This document shows positions 50,578 to 59,545 of a stretch of DNA of 64,000 nt, one piece after another (position 1 is the stretch's first letter; the number at the start of each line of letters is the position of its first letter). The DNA is taken from contig JAVZNF010000003.1 in assembly GCA_038882935.1 (NCBI GenBank), forward strand, positions 1 to 64,000, written 5' to 3'. The notes under the pieces were generated by a model. The model had not been told where the DNA came from and made no database searches. It saw only the letters and a program-made list of their open reading frames with translations. This stretch comes from Archaeoglobaceae archaeon. Its GTDB lineage: Archaea; Halobacteriota; Archaeoglobi; Archaeoglobales; Archaeoglobaceae. Both the position numbers and the translations under genes were made by a program.

Positions 50578-51459
50578 ATGCTCGAAGTCGAGCTCAGCAG
50601 ATTAAAGCTCAAAAACCCTCTGATCCTTGCAAGTGGAATTCTGGGAAGCTACAGCTCATCGCTCAACGAAATCGCAAACGATGCTGGAGCAGTTGTTACG
50701 AAATCGGTTTGCTTAGAGGGCAGAGAGGGTTACAGAAATCCGACAGTCATAAACTGGAAGTACGGACTAATAAACGCAGTCGGATTGCCATCGCCGAAAG
50801 CCTTGGAGTTTGCGGAGGAGCTTAAGAAGTTCAGTTTTGCGTCCCCGCTGATAGTAAGTGTATATGCAAAGAGATCGGAAGAAATGGAGAAACTCGCTGA
50901 GATATTTGAATTTACAAACGCCTTCGAAGTTAACCTTAGCTGTCCCCATGTCAAGGGAGCTGGAATCGAGATCGGAAGAGATCCAGAGCTTTCCAAAGAA
51001 CTCGTAAGGGCTTTGAAGGACTCGACTGAGAAGCCTGTATTTGCAAAGATATCTGCAATTCACGACTACTTAAAGCTCAGCAAAGAACTCGAAAAAGCTG
51101 GTGTGGATGCGATAACGATAACGAACACAATTCCAGGGATGAAGATAGACATAATCTCGAAAAAGCCAATTCTGAGCAATCTATACGGCGGAGTTAGTGG
51201 GCACGCAATAAAGCCCATAGCGTTGAAGTGTGTGTTTGATCTCTACACAGAGCTTGAAGTCCCAATAATCGGATGCGGTGGAATAACGAGTTTCGAGGAT
51301 GTTTTAGAGTTCGTGATGGCTGGTGCAACTGCAGTCGAGATCGGATCTGCGGTTTTTTACAGCAAAAAAATATTTTACAGCCTAAAAGAGAGCCTAATAG
51401 CTTTCTTGAGGGCAAACAACGTTCGAATTGCTGAATTGATCGGTTCAGCACATCAATAG
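50578..51459 (+). CDS. pyrD: dihydroorotate dehydrogenase catalytic subunit (class 1)
   Basis: KNPLILASGILG...NLSCPHVKGAG...CGGITS. Confidence 0.8.
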   Translation: MLEVELSRLKLKNPLILASGILGSYSSSLNEIANDAGAVVTKSVCLEGREGYRNPTVINWKYGLINAVGLPSPKALEFAEELKKFSFASPLIVSVYAKRSEEMEKLAEIFEFTNAFEVNLSCPHVKGAGIEIGRDPELSKELVRALKDSTEKPVFAKISAIHDYLKLSKELEKAGVDAITITNTIPGMKIDIISKKPILSNLYGGVSGHAIKPIALKCVFDLYTELEVPIIGCGGITSFEDVLEFVMAGATAVEIGSAVFYSKKIFYSLKESLIAFLRANNVRIAELIGSAHQ

Positions 51460-51475
51460 ACTCGAGCCAAGAGAG

Positions 51476-51856
51476 TTGGAGAAGATATATATAGCTTCAA
51501 AACTACGAGAAACGATGTTTGTGAACTCATACTTGGATGAGATTCGCAGAGTTCTCTCTGGAGAGTTCGAACTAATACCCGAGCTTCTTGACCCAGAAAA
51601 GATAAGGGGCTTATTCGAAAAGGACTGCAAAACCATTGTCGAGGCGGTGCAAAAAAAGAGCGTTGATATAGAATCTGCAAAGAGGAACTTTTTCCTCCTG
51701 AAGAGCTACGTTGTTACTCAACTGCTAACGCATTGCGAAAGGTTGAGGAAACTGGCGGAAGAGAAGGGAATTAAAGTCACAACAACACTTGGGGAAGGGG
51801 ATGTAAACGATATTGCGATTATGATCGACGAAGCTGAGAAAAGCCTTCAGCATTAA
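51476..51856 (+). CDS. hypothetical helical protein
   Basis: 126 aa with no recognisable motif. Coding-like composition. Confidence 0.45.
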   Translation: MEKIYIASKLRETMFVNSYLDEIRRVLSGEFELIPELLDPEKIRGLFEKDCKTIVEAVQKKSVDIESAKRNFFLLKSYVVTQLLTHCERLRKLAEEKGIKVTTTLGEGDVNDIAIMIDEAEKSLQH

Positions 51857-51950
51857 AGCCAAAACTTTTTTAGATCTGGCTCTTTTCCTGATTCTATTCA
51901 ATGAGGGAAACGTAAACGAGATATCCTCAGAGGTCAACGAATTGCAAGAT

Positions 51951-52736
51951 ATGATACTGCTGACGAACGATGACGGAATACATTCTGCTGGACTAAGAAG
52001 GGCATATGAAACTCTTGCAGAGATCGATGAGGTCGTTGTAGTTGCACCGATAACGCAAATGAGCGCAGTCGGGAGGAGTATATCGATAATGCACCCAGTC
52101 AGGATCTACGAGATGGAGATAAACGGAATGAAGGCCTTTGCAATCGATGGAACACCAACGGATGCGGTGATTCTTGGGATTTACGAGATAATCAAGGATA
52201 TTCCCGACCTTACGGTTTGTGGGATAAATTTAGGGGAGAACTTATCCACGGAAGCTGTCACAACTTCGGGAACCGTTTGTTCTGCTTTAGAAGCTGCAAC
52301 GCAGGGAAGCAAGGCAATAGCGATTTCGATGGAGATGCACGATAGGGAGAAGTTCGAACCAACTTGCGACTACGATTTCGAGAACGCCAAAAAAGTGCTG
52401 AGATGGGTTGCGAGAAAAGTTATCGAGGAGGGATTGCCAAAGAACGTTGACGTTTTGAACGTAAACGTTCCAAGGCGGTTCAATGGGAAAATAAAGATCA
52501 CAAGGCTTGCAAGGAAAATGTATGAGACAAGGGTCGAGAAAAGAGTTGACCCGCGAGGAAGAGAGTATTACTGGATCCACGGAATCGAGGTCGAGAGCGC
52601 AGAAGAGGGTACGGATATATATGCGCTGAGAAAGGGTTTTGCATCTATAACGCCCATAAGTCTGAACATGTCCACCATAGTGCTCGAGGGATGGGAAGAT
52701 GAGTGGGAAAGTCAACGCTTCGAAATTAGCGCTTGA
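51951..52736 (+). CDS. surE: 5'/3'-nucleotidase SurE
   Basis: MILLTNDDGIHSAGL is the SurE N-terminal signature. Confidence 0.9.
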   Translation: MILLTNDDGIHSAGLRRAYETLAEIDEVVVVAPITQMSAVGRSISIMHPVRIYEMEINGMKAFAIDGTPTDAVILGIYEIIKDIPDLTVCGINLGENLSTEAVTTSGTVCSALEAATQGSKAIAISMEMHDREKFEPTCDYDFENAKKVLRWVARKVIEEGLPKNVDVLNVNVPRRFNGKIKITRLARKMYETRVEKRVDPRGREYYWIHGIEVESAEEGTDIYALRKGFASITPISLNMSTIVLEGWEDEWESQRFEISA

Positions 52737-53367
52737 GCTGATAAAAGATGGTGTTGTCCTTGGCATAGGCTCTGGAACGACTGTAGAGGTTTTTCTCAAC
52801 CTTCTCGGGGAGAAAATAAGGAGTGAGGGGATAAAGATCTACGGAGTTCCGAGCAGTTACCAGTCAATGCTTCTGGCAATAAAGAATGGGATAAAGATCG
52901 TTGATCTCGCAGAAAACGAGCCAGAGATCTGCGTTGACGGTGCCGATCAAGTTGATTCAAAGCTGAACTGCATAAAAGGTGGTGGAGGGGCGATGACAAG
53001 GGAGAAGATTGTCGCGTCTGCGAGCAAAAAGGTTGTGATAATCGTGGACGATACAAAGCTTTCAGAAAAGCTTTCAATACCAGTCCCGGTCGAAGTTCTT
53101 CCCTTTTCATACGGATACGTTCTGCGCAGACTTTCAAAGATGTGCAAACCGAAACTGAGAGAGGGTAGCGGAAAGGTTGGGCCCGTGATAACGGATAACG
53201 GGAACTTCATCATCGACTGCGACTTCGGGGTATTCGAAGATCCAAAAAGTGTAGAACAAGATCTTAAATCGATTCCTGGAATTCTTGAAACCGGAATCTT
53301 CCACGCAGAGATGATCGACGCTGTGATCGTTGGAAACAGCAAGTCTGCAAGGATTGTGAAAAAGTAA
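52699..53367 (+). CDS. rpiA: ribose-5-phosphate isomerase A
   Basis: VVLGIGSGTTVE...CVDGADQVD...KGGGGAMTREKIV. Confidence 0.92.
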   Translation: MSGKVNASKLALELIKDGVVLGIGSGTTVEVFLNLLGEKIRSEGIKIYGVPSSYQSMLLAIKNGIKIVDLAENEPEICVDGADQVDSKLNCIKGGGGAMTREKIVASASKKVVIIVDDTKLSEKLSIPVPVEVLPFSYGYVLRRLSKMCKPKLREGSGKVGPVITDNGNFIIDCDFGVFEDPKSVEQDLKSIPGILETGIFHAEMIDAVIVGNSKSARIVKK

Positions 53368-53370
53368 AAA

Positions 53371-54276
53371 TCAGAGATACTTTGAGATCACGTCCTTAAG
53401 GTAGATCTTGTGTTGCCCGAGCTTTCCGCCGTAGTTTCCAGCAGAGAGCTTCAAAACGCCGTCGATCCTGCTCGCAACCTTTAAGCAGAGAGCCATCGCC
53501 TTCTCTACTGCCTCAAGGCTCACACCGTTTATCACAATCTCAGGGATCGACTTCACACCGTCTGGAACCTTAGAATCAGGGATCTTTCCCTTCAGCGTCG
53601 GGCAGAAGTAGTGGTTTGTGGTTGGACCTATCTCCGGATACTTAGTTTCGGGTTTGCTTCCCGCAGAACAGATGTCGAAAGACGTTATCACTCCCTCGAG
53701 CTGTTTCAAAGCTTCGACGCAAACTTCGCCAGCCTCGAGCGCGGAGTCTTCGCTGTCGCAGAAGAGCCAGATATTTCCGCCTGCGATTCCATTCGCATAA
53801 CCGATGTAGCGCTCTATGACGAATTCTCCGAACATTATCGGAACGACGATCACCTTTCTTCCCCACCGCTCCTCCTCCCATTCGTATCCGTCGCCACATC
53901 TGCCAACGTTAAGCTCGGCGTCAAATTTGGTTTCGCTTTGAGTTGCGTTGAAAACCCTCGTAGTTGGAACTACGAGGATTCCCTGTCTAAGTCTCTTGCT
54001 CATCTCCCTCATGAGCACGTCCATGAACTTCTTAGATTTCTGAACCCACACCTGGCAAATTGCACCAATTCTCCCATCCGGTGTTTCGTCTGGAGACAAC
54101 CACTTCTCAATTCCGCCCTCGGATTCACCAAAAACAGTTGAGGGTAAAGAAGTTGCAGAAACCGCAGCTTTTTCCAAAAGCCATCTGTGCTTCGCAGTTA
54201 CGATGAACCTCGAGTAAATGCCGTCGAAAGCTTCGCAGTAAGTATCCTCAACCGGAACTCCGTTAACCTCGAGCAT
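53371..54276 (-). CDS. ftr: formylmethanofuran:tetrahydromethanopterin N-formyltransferase
   Basis: MLEVNGVPVEDTYCEAFDGIYSRFIVTA and the C-terminal SAGNYGGKLGQHKIYL match Ftr. Confidence 0.88.
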   Translation of the reverse strand: MLEVNGVPVEDTYCEAFDGIYSRFIVTAKHRWLLEKAAVSATSLPSTVFGESEGGIEKWLSPDETPDGRIGAICQVWVQKSKKFMDVLMREMSKRLRQGILVVPTTRVFNATQSETKFDAELNVGRCGDGYEWEEERWGRKVIVVPIMFGEFVIERYIGYANGIAGGNIWLFCDSEDSALEAGEVCVEALKQLEGVITSFDICSAGSKPETKYPEIGPTTNHYFCPTLKGKIPDSKVPDGVKSIPEIVINGVSLEAVEKAMALCLKVASRIDGVLKLSAGNYGGKLGQHKIYLKDVISKYL

Positions 54277-54349
54277 GTCTTGAGTAGCCCAGAGATTTAA
54301 AATCTTTTTGAGACCAAAAATATTTATAGAAAGGGGCTAAAAAGGTAAC

Positions 54350-54613
54350 ATGGTTGCGCGGATTCGCTTGAGGATCCTCATCTTTGCGCTCGCAGTAGCT
54401 TTTGGTGTTCTAAGCTTAGCAACTGGCTTGGTGCTTTACTTCTGGCCACACGGTCCAAGAGCGGGACAACTAATAGTTCTTGGCATGACAAAATCCGAAT
54501 GGGGTGAAGTTCACACATGGGTCTCCCTCTTGGCCCTAATCGTAATCGCGGTGCATTTGATCGTCAACCGCACCTCTATTAAGCTCTACTTCCGATGCCT
54601 TAAGGAACTCTAA
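54350..54613 (+). CDS. small two-TM membrane protein (DUF4405-like)
   Basis: 87 aa with two hydrophobic helices carrying conserved His residues. Confidence 0.45.
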   Translation: MVARIRLRILIFALAVAFGVLSLATGLVLYFWPHGPRAGQLIVLGMTKSEWGEVHTWVSLLALIVIAVHLIVNRTSIKLYFRCLKEL

Positions 54614-55146
54614 GGGTTGAAGATCTCATCTGAGTTCGTTGTGAAGTTCTTGCCGAAGCCCGCGTGCATCACGAAACGGTAGCTTAGATCTGGCTTTTGT
54701 CCTTTGAACGCGTCGCCTACAGTTGTGGAAACGATTTCTGCGACGAAGAACGTGTGGTCTCCAGTTTCAACTTCGTTCACAACCTTGCACTCTAAGTTCG
54801 CCTGGCACTCCTTGATCGATGGAACCTTGACCTTCTTCGAGGGAATTAGCGTGAGCTTCAGCTTCGAAAACTTGTCTTCCTTAGCTCCGCTAACGGTTCC
54901 CGCAATCCATACGTCTTTGAGAAGTTCTATCGTTGGAACCGCTACTACAAATTCCTTGCACTCCTTTATCAGCTTGTTCGTGTATCTCTTATGCCCTATT
55001 GCGACACCGAGCATTTGCGGTTCGAAAGACAAGGGCGTTACCCAATCGGCGGTCATCACATTTGGCTTCTCAACGCCAGAAACAATCAAATAAGTTCTCA
55101 AAGGATACAAAAGCTCAAGCATCCTCACACCTCCTAGTTTTTTCAT
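54610..55146 (-). CDS. flavin reductase-like / flavoredoxin (FMN-binding split barrel)
   Basis: LIVSGVEKPNVMTADWVTPLSFEPQMLGVAIG is the flavin reductase domain signature. Confidence 0.8.
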   Translation of the reverse strand: MKKLGGVRMLELLYPLRTYLIVSGVEKPNVMTADWVTPLSFEPQMLGVAIGHKRYTNKLIKECKEFVVAVPTIELLKDVWIAGTVSGAKEDKFSKLKLTLIPSKKVKVPSIKECQANLECKVVNEVETGDHTFFVAEIVSTTVGDAFKGQKPDLSYRFVMHAGFGKNFTTNSDEIFNP

Positions 55147-56038
55147 CGATCAATGAAATGAAATCATCTGGAGATGCGACGCTCTCGAGCTCTTCCTTAT
55201 GGACAAAAACAACGGATTCAATTTTCTTTTTCATTTCTCTCTCGGTTATGTAAGCTGCATCCGCACAAACTATTTGCGAAACTTTGCCGATCAGCATAGC
55301 TCTTTTCTCGATTTCCCTGATCTGCTTCAAACCCATAAGAATGTCTCTGTTCTCAACTCTCGAGACCGCATCAAAGGGTGTGTGCTTAACTGTGTACACC
55401 GAGATCCCAATTTCTCTCAGCTTGCAGACTATCTCGTTCTCCTCTTCGCATTCCTCGATCTTCTCGTTCTCTACGAACTCTCTGAAGTCTATTTTCTTTA
55501 TCACGTTTCCAAAGAGTTCCTCGATTTTTATCGCAACGTCTACACTTGCATCAGAACCTTCTTCGTAGTTCATAACAGTTCTTTTCGAAACTCCAAGCTT
55601 CCTTGCGGTCTCTCCTATGCTTATTCTAAGGGCTTCCCTAGCTTTCCGCATTTTCTCAGCATCGATCTTCACGTAGTAACCGCCGGGAGCGGAGTAGATG
55701 TATGGAAGCTCTCCCCGCAGGTAGTCGTAGAACGTTGCGAGATTTATCACAGGCAGATTGTAGCGTGTGTAAACTACTCTTCTTTCGAGAAAATCAGTTT
55801 TGAATCTCTCGCCGATTACAATTGCGATCGCATTTAGGATTTTTGCCAACTTTTTCATCTCTTCTGCGATTTCAGGCTTTAGCGAGTCTACATTGTAGAG
55901 AACTTTCAAAAGAAGGATTTTTTTGTTCTTTTTTGCAATTATATCAAAGCATCTTGGTTTAGTATCAACTAACTCGAGCAGTTCGTAACCCTCTTTCCTC
56001 AGGAGCTTTATAACATTGCTCATCAGCAGTGACTGCAC
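55115..56038 (-). CDS. archaeal HTH-XRE transcriptional regulator (COG1395-like, HTH in the middle of a ~300-aa protein)
   Basis: ISIGETARKLGVSKRTVMNYEEG is an XRE HTH flanked by conserved N- and C-terminal domains. Confidence 0.6.
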   Translation of the reverse strand: MQSLLMSNVIKLLRKEGYELLELVDTKPRCFDIIAKKNKKILLLKVLYNVDSLKPEIAEEMKKLAKILNAIAIVIGERFKTDFLERRVVYTRYNLPVINLATFYDYLRGELPYIYSAPGGYYVKIDAEKMRKAREALRISIGETARKLGVSKRTVMNYEEGSDASVDVAIKIEELFGNVIKKIDFREFVENEKIEECEEENEIVCKLREIGISVYTVKHTPFDAVSRVENRDILMGLKQIREIEKRAMLIGKVSQIVCADAAYITEREMKKKIESVVFVHKEELESVASPDDFISLIDEKTRRCEDA

Positions 56039-56060
56039 CGCAATTAAGATTAGGCAAATT

Positions 56061-56070
56061 AGTATATAAA
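56061..56070. promoter_or_regulatory. TATA element agtatataaa in the 78-bp divergent region between the COG1395 regulator (-) and the herA-operon leader gene (+)
   Basis: Read directly. It lies 23-32 bp from the minus-strand ATG and 47-56 bp from the plus-strand ATG. Confidence 0.45.
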
Positions 56071-56116
56071 GAATTTGGTGAGGAAATGATTAAATTTCCA
56101 GACGAAAAAGATTTCT

Positions 56117-56758
56117 ATGGACTTGCTTCGCCTCGAGTTCGACCTCCAGCACCACTTGGTTCTTTCAAAGAAGAATGATTTTGATCATGCACTTATAAGA
56201 CTCGTACTCTCTACGCTCGCAAATCCATTTGAGATTGCGAACCTAAACAAAAAAGATCTCAGGATTAACAAAGGAGTTTTCACGGTTCGTTTTCAAAGCA
56301 GATTTTCTCCAATCGACGAAGATACTTTCAGACTCGTGAAGTCGCTTGAAAAAGAGAGACCTTTTGAGCTCAAAGAGAGCGAAATGGATGAGATCGTTGC
56401 AAAGTATTCTCCAAAGGATCGAAAATACACGACAAAAGGATTGAGAAAGGCTATGGTGAATTATCTGAAGGATGCGTCGTTTTTTGAGATCGAGATCGAA
56501 AAGCTTGAGTCAAAAGAGCTCTTCGACTTCATGCTCGACTTCAACCCGCTTTACTCAGGATCTTGGCTCGACGAGGAGGGTCTAAAAGAGTTTGTGCTGA
56601 ACTACTCCGCGATCAACAGGATCGAGGATGCAAAGAGGGTTGCAGAAGAGACTGGAATCGACTACGAGTTCGTATCACAGGTGATGAGAACAGAAAAGAG
56701 CCTCTTCGTCCTCGCAGATAAGTTCAAGGCGAAAAATTTATCTTTTGAAGATGAATAG
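56117..56758 (+). CDS. hypothetical 213-aa protein, first gene of the herA operon; weak resemblance to a catalytically degenerate tyrosine-recombinase core
   Basis: Its last 14 nt overlap the herA start. LANPFEIANLNKKDLRINKGVFTVR and YTTKGLRKAMVNYL resemble integrase box I and box II with the catalytic Arg and His replaced. Confidence 0.5.
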   Translation: MDLLRLEFDLQHHLVLSKKNDFDHALIRLVLSTLANPFEIANLNKKDLRINKGVFTVRFQSRFSPIDEDTFRLVKSLEKERPFELKESEMDEIVAKYSPKDRKYTTKGLRKAMVNYLKDASFFEIEIEKLESKELFDFMLDFNPLYSGSWLDEEGLKEFVLNYSAINRIEDAKRVAEETGIDYEFVSQVMRTEKSLFVLADKFKAKNLSFEDE

Positions 56759-58307
56759 AAGCGTGGAATCGATCGGCTTCGTCCTTGGGGAGAGTTCGAT
56801 AACTGAATTTAGCTTCGCAGTTAATCCCGCAAAAATTCCAAAGTTCGGGGAGTTTGTTGTAGCTGAAAATCGTGACCACGAAGAAGTTCTTGGGCTTGTT
56901 AAAAACGTGATAAATTCTAATCGCCTGCTCGAAAACGGCATTAGCTTTGAGTATGCGCTCATGAACATCAAGAGCTCTAAAAAAGTCCTCGAGAGAAATG
57001 AAGTGATCATTGCGAAGGCGAAGATACTTGGAGTTCTGAAGGAGAACGAAATTCTGCCAAACCGTGTTCCTGTAAAGGCGTGTGCAGAGGTCAGGCTTGC
57101 AGATGATGAACTACTAATTTCGATCTTCAAGAACTCGAAGGGGATTTCGATCGGAAACCTGATCGCAAGACAAGAAATTCCCGTTTACGTCGACTTAAAC
57201 CAGCTCGTTCTAAGACATTTCGCAATACTCTCCGTCACAGGCGGAGGAAAGTCCAACGCTGTATGCCTGCTCGTGAACGACATGGTGCGAAAATACGATG
57301 GAAGCGTGATACTAATAGATCCTCACGGAGAATACGTGGGATTCGTTTTTGAAGATGGAGACGAAAGAAAGAAGAACGTAATCTCCGCTGGCATAAGGCC
57401 AGAAAGACTCGAGCCATGGGAGTTCTGCTCCTTGATCGGGATCGACAGAGATGCGTCTGTGCAGAGAATGCATCTCGAAAGGATTTTTCTGACTGTGAAA
57501 AACGAAAACTTGAGCGGACTGGAGTTCATGAAAAGGGTGCTTCAAATTGCAGAAGAGTGGATAGCGTCGCAGGGAGAGATAGAATACGTTGATGCAATGG
57601 GAATTCGCAGAAGGGCGAAGATCACAAGAGAAGACTTAAACCCGCTTTATAGGGTTAAAGAATACGTTCTAACCTTCCTGCGGAGATACGAAGAGCTCAT
57701 GACCCAGAGAGATATGCTCGCAAATCTGAGAGAAGGTTACCTGAACATCGTGAACCTGAGTGGATTCGATGAGGAGCAGATGAGGGTCGTGGTTGCTTAT
57801 CTCCTCAGAAATATCTTATTAGGGAGAATAAGCTACGTAAGGGGAAAGAACAGAGAATACTGGGAAAAGAGTTGCCCAATAGTCCGAAAGCCGTTGCTTA
57901 TAATATTCGAAGAGGCACACATCTTCGCAGGGAAAGGAGATGTTGCGATTTGGATGAGCAGAATTGCAAGAGAGGGTAGAAAGTTCGGCATAGGGATGGG
58001 GATTGTTTCCCAAAGACCAAAAAAGATAAGCGACGACATCTTAAGCCAGTGCAACACGAAAATTGTGTTGAGGATTGTTGAGCCAAGCGATCAACGATAC
58101 ATTCAGCAAGCGAGCGAGCAGATAAGCGAGGATCTTCTCAGCGACATTTCTTCGCTGGGCGTTGGCGAAGCTGTGATTGTTGGACCAGCGGTCAAGATTC
58201 CGGTGGCGGTTAGGATCAGGAAATTCGGCGGAAACTATGGTGGTAGGGATATCGACGTTGTTTCAGAGTGGAAAAGGGAGGATGTAAGGTTAGAGGACCT
58301 CGTATGA
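56745..58307 (+). CDS. herA: HerA-type DNA translocase/helicase (FtsK-HerA superfamily ATPase)
   Basis: 520 aa. Walker A ILSVTGGGKSNAV and Walker B LIIFEEAH, with an N-terminal HAS barrel. Confidence 0.88.
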   Translation: MKMNRSVESIGFVLGESSITEFSFAVNPAKIPKFGEFVVAENRDHEEVLGLVKNVINSNRLLENGISFEYALMNIKSSKKVLERNEVIIAKAKILGVLKENEILPNRVPVKACAEVRLADDELLISIFKNSKGISIGNLIARQEIPVYVDLNQLVLRHFAILSVTGGGKSNAVCLLVNDMVRKYDGSVILIDPHGEYVGFVFEDGDERKKNVISAGIRPERLEPWEFCSLIGIDRDASVQRMHLERIFLTVKNENLSGLEFMKRVLQIAEEWIASQGEIEYVDAMGIRRRAKITREDLNPLYRVKEYVLTFLRRYEELMTQRDMLANLREGYLNIVNLSGFDEEQMRVVVAYLLRNILLGRISYVRGKNREYWEKSCPIVRKPLLIIFEEAHIFAGKGDVAIWMSRIAREGRKFGIGMGIVSQRPKKISDDILSQCNTKIVLRIVEPSDQRYIQQASEQISEDLLSDISSLGVGEAVIVGPAVKIPVAVRIRKFGGNYGGRDIDVVSEWKREDVRLEDLV

Positions 58308-59545
58308 AGTTTGCCCACTTCGCAGACCTGCATTTGGGTTATGAGCAATACAACCTCCCTTGGCGGGCTGAAGACTTTGCAACTGCGTTCAAAAACGCAG
58401 TTAAGATTGCGATCTCTGAAAAAGTCGATTTTGCAATAATCGCAGGCGATCTCTTCCACAGGAGCGTCCCAAACCCAAAAACTCTGAATGATGCGATCGA
58501 AGCTCTTAGCGCTTTCAAAGAAAACGGAATCCCAGTTTTCGCGGTCGAAGGAAATCACGACAAGAGCATAAGGGAGATGTCTGCCTACAACCTCTTGGAG
58601 AACCTCGGACTGCTCAACGTCCTCGGGTTTAGGAGAGAGAGAGTTGAGAGCGACAACGTTACCAGCGTCAAGGTTGAGAACGTCTACTTAGTAAAGGGTG
58701 TCTACAAGGACGTTGAAATAGTTGGGGATAAACACAGAACGAAATGGCAGTTGGAAAAGTTCCTCCCGCTTATGAAACCAGAAGGAAAGAGCATACTCGT
58801 GCTTCATCAATCGGTCAAGGAAGTTGTAGACTTCCTGGACATAAGCTGGGATCTAACGATTGACCAGCTCCCAGAAGCAAAATACTACGCGCTTGGACAC
58901 GTGCACATGCACAGAGAGAGAAAGATTGGCGATGCTTACCTTGTTTATCCTGGATCCATCGAGAGATACGATTCCCGTGAGGCGTCGAGTTTCTTCTTTT
59001 ACAAGGATAGACTCGAAGTGAAAAACGGAGAAGGCAAAGGCTTTTGCATAGTCGAGAACTTCAAGCCAAGGTTCGTAGAAGTTGAGACCCGAGACTTATA
59101 CGCGATCTCTATAGATGCGGAGAAAAGGATGGAGGCGGAGAAGAAGTTCTTTGAAGTCCTCAACAAGCTTAACAGCTCCGCAATCGCAGTTGTAAAGATC
59201 ATGTGTTCCGAGCATATGGATTCCAAGAAGATCCTAGAGCTCGCCCTGAGTCGCCTTCGACATGCGGAGATCAACTTCAAAAGAAGAGAAATCGAGGAGA
59301 TTTCGAGGTTCGTGAGCGAGAACGAGTTCTTCAGCGACTTTGAAATGAAGCTGTTAGAGATTCTAAGGGAGGAGGACGAGACAAGTATAAAATCTGCCCT
59401 AGATTTCATCAAAGAACGTTTCTCGATCGACGAAGTTAAACGAGAGGCACAAATTGCCGGAGATAAAGATAGGGCCTCGGAAGGGAAAAAGGAAGAGAAA
59501 AAGGAGGTTGGGAAGAAGGTGAAGACACTTCTAGACTTCATATGA
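58304..59545 (+). CDS. mre11: Mre11 nuclease (calcineurin-like phosphoesterase)
   Basis: MKFAHFADLHLG, GDLFH, GNHD and GHVH motifs. ATGA overlap with the herA stop. Confidence 0.9.
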   Translation: MKFAHFADLHLGYEQYNLPWRAEDFATAFKNAVKIAISEKVDFAIIAGDLFHRSVPNPKTLNDAIEALSAFKENGIPVFAVEGNHDKSIREMSAYNLLENLGLLNVLGFRRERVESDNVTSVKVENVYLVKGVYKDVEIVGDKHRTKWQLEKFLPLMKPEGKSILVLHQSVKEVVDFLDISWDLTIDQLPEAKYYALGHVHMHRERKIGDAYLVYPGSIERYDSREASSFFFYKDRLEVKNGEGKGFCIVENFKPRFVEVETRDLYAISIDAEKRMEAEKKFFEVLNKLNSSAIAVVKIMCSEHMDSKKILELALSRLRHAEINFKRREIEEISRFVSENEFFSDFEMKLLEILREEDETSIKSALDFIKERFSIDEVKREAQIAGDKDRASEGKKEEKKEVGKKVKTLLDFI

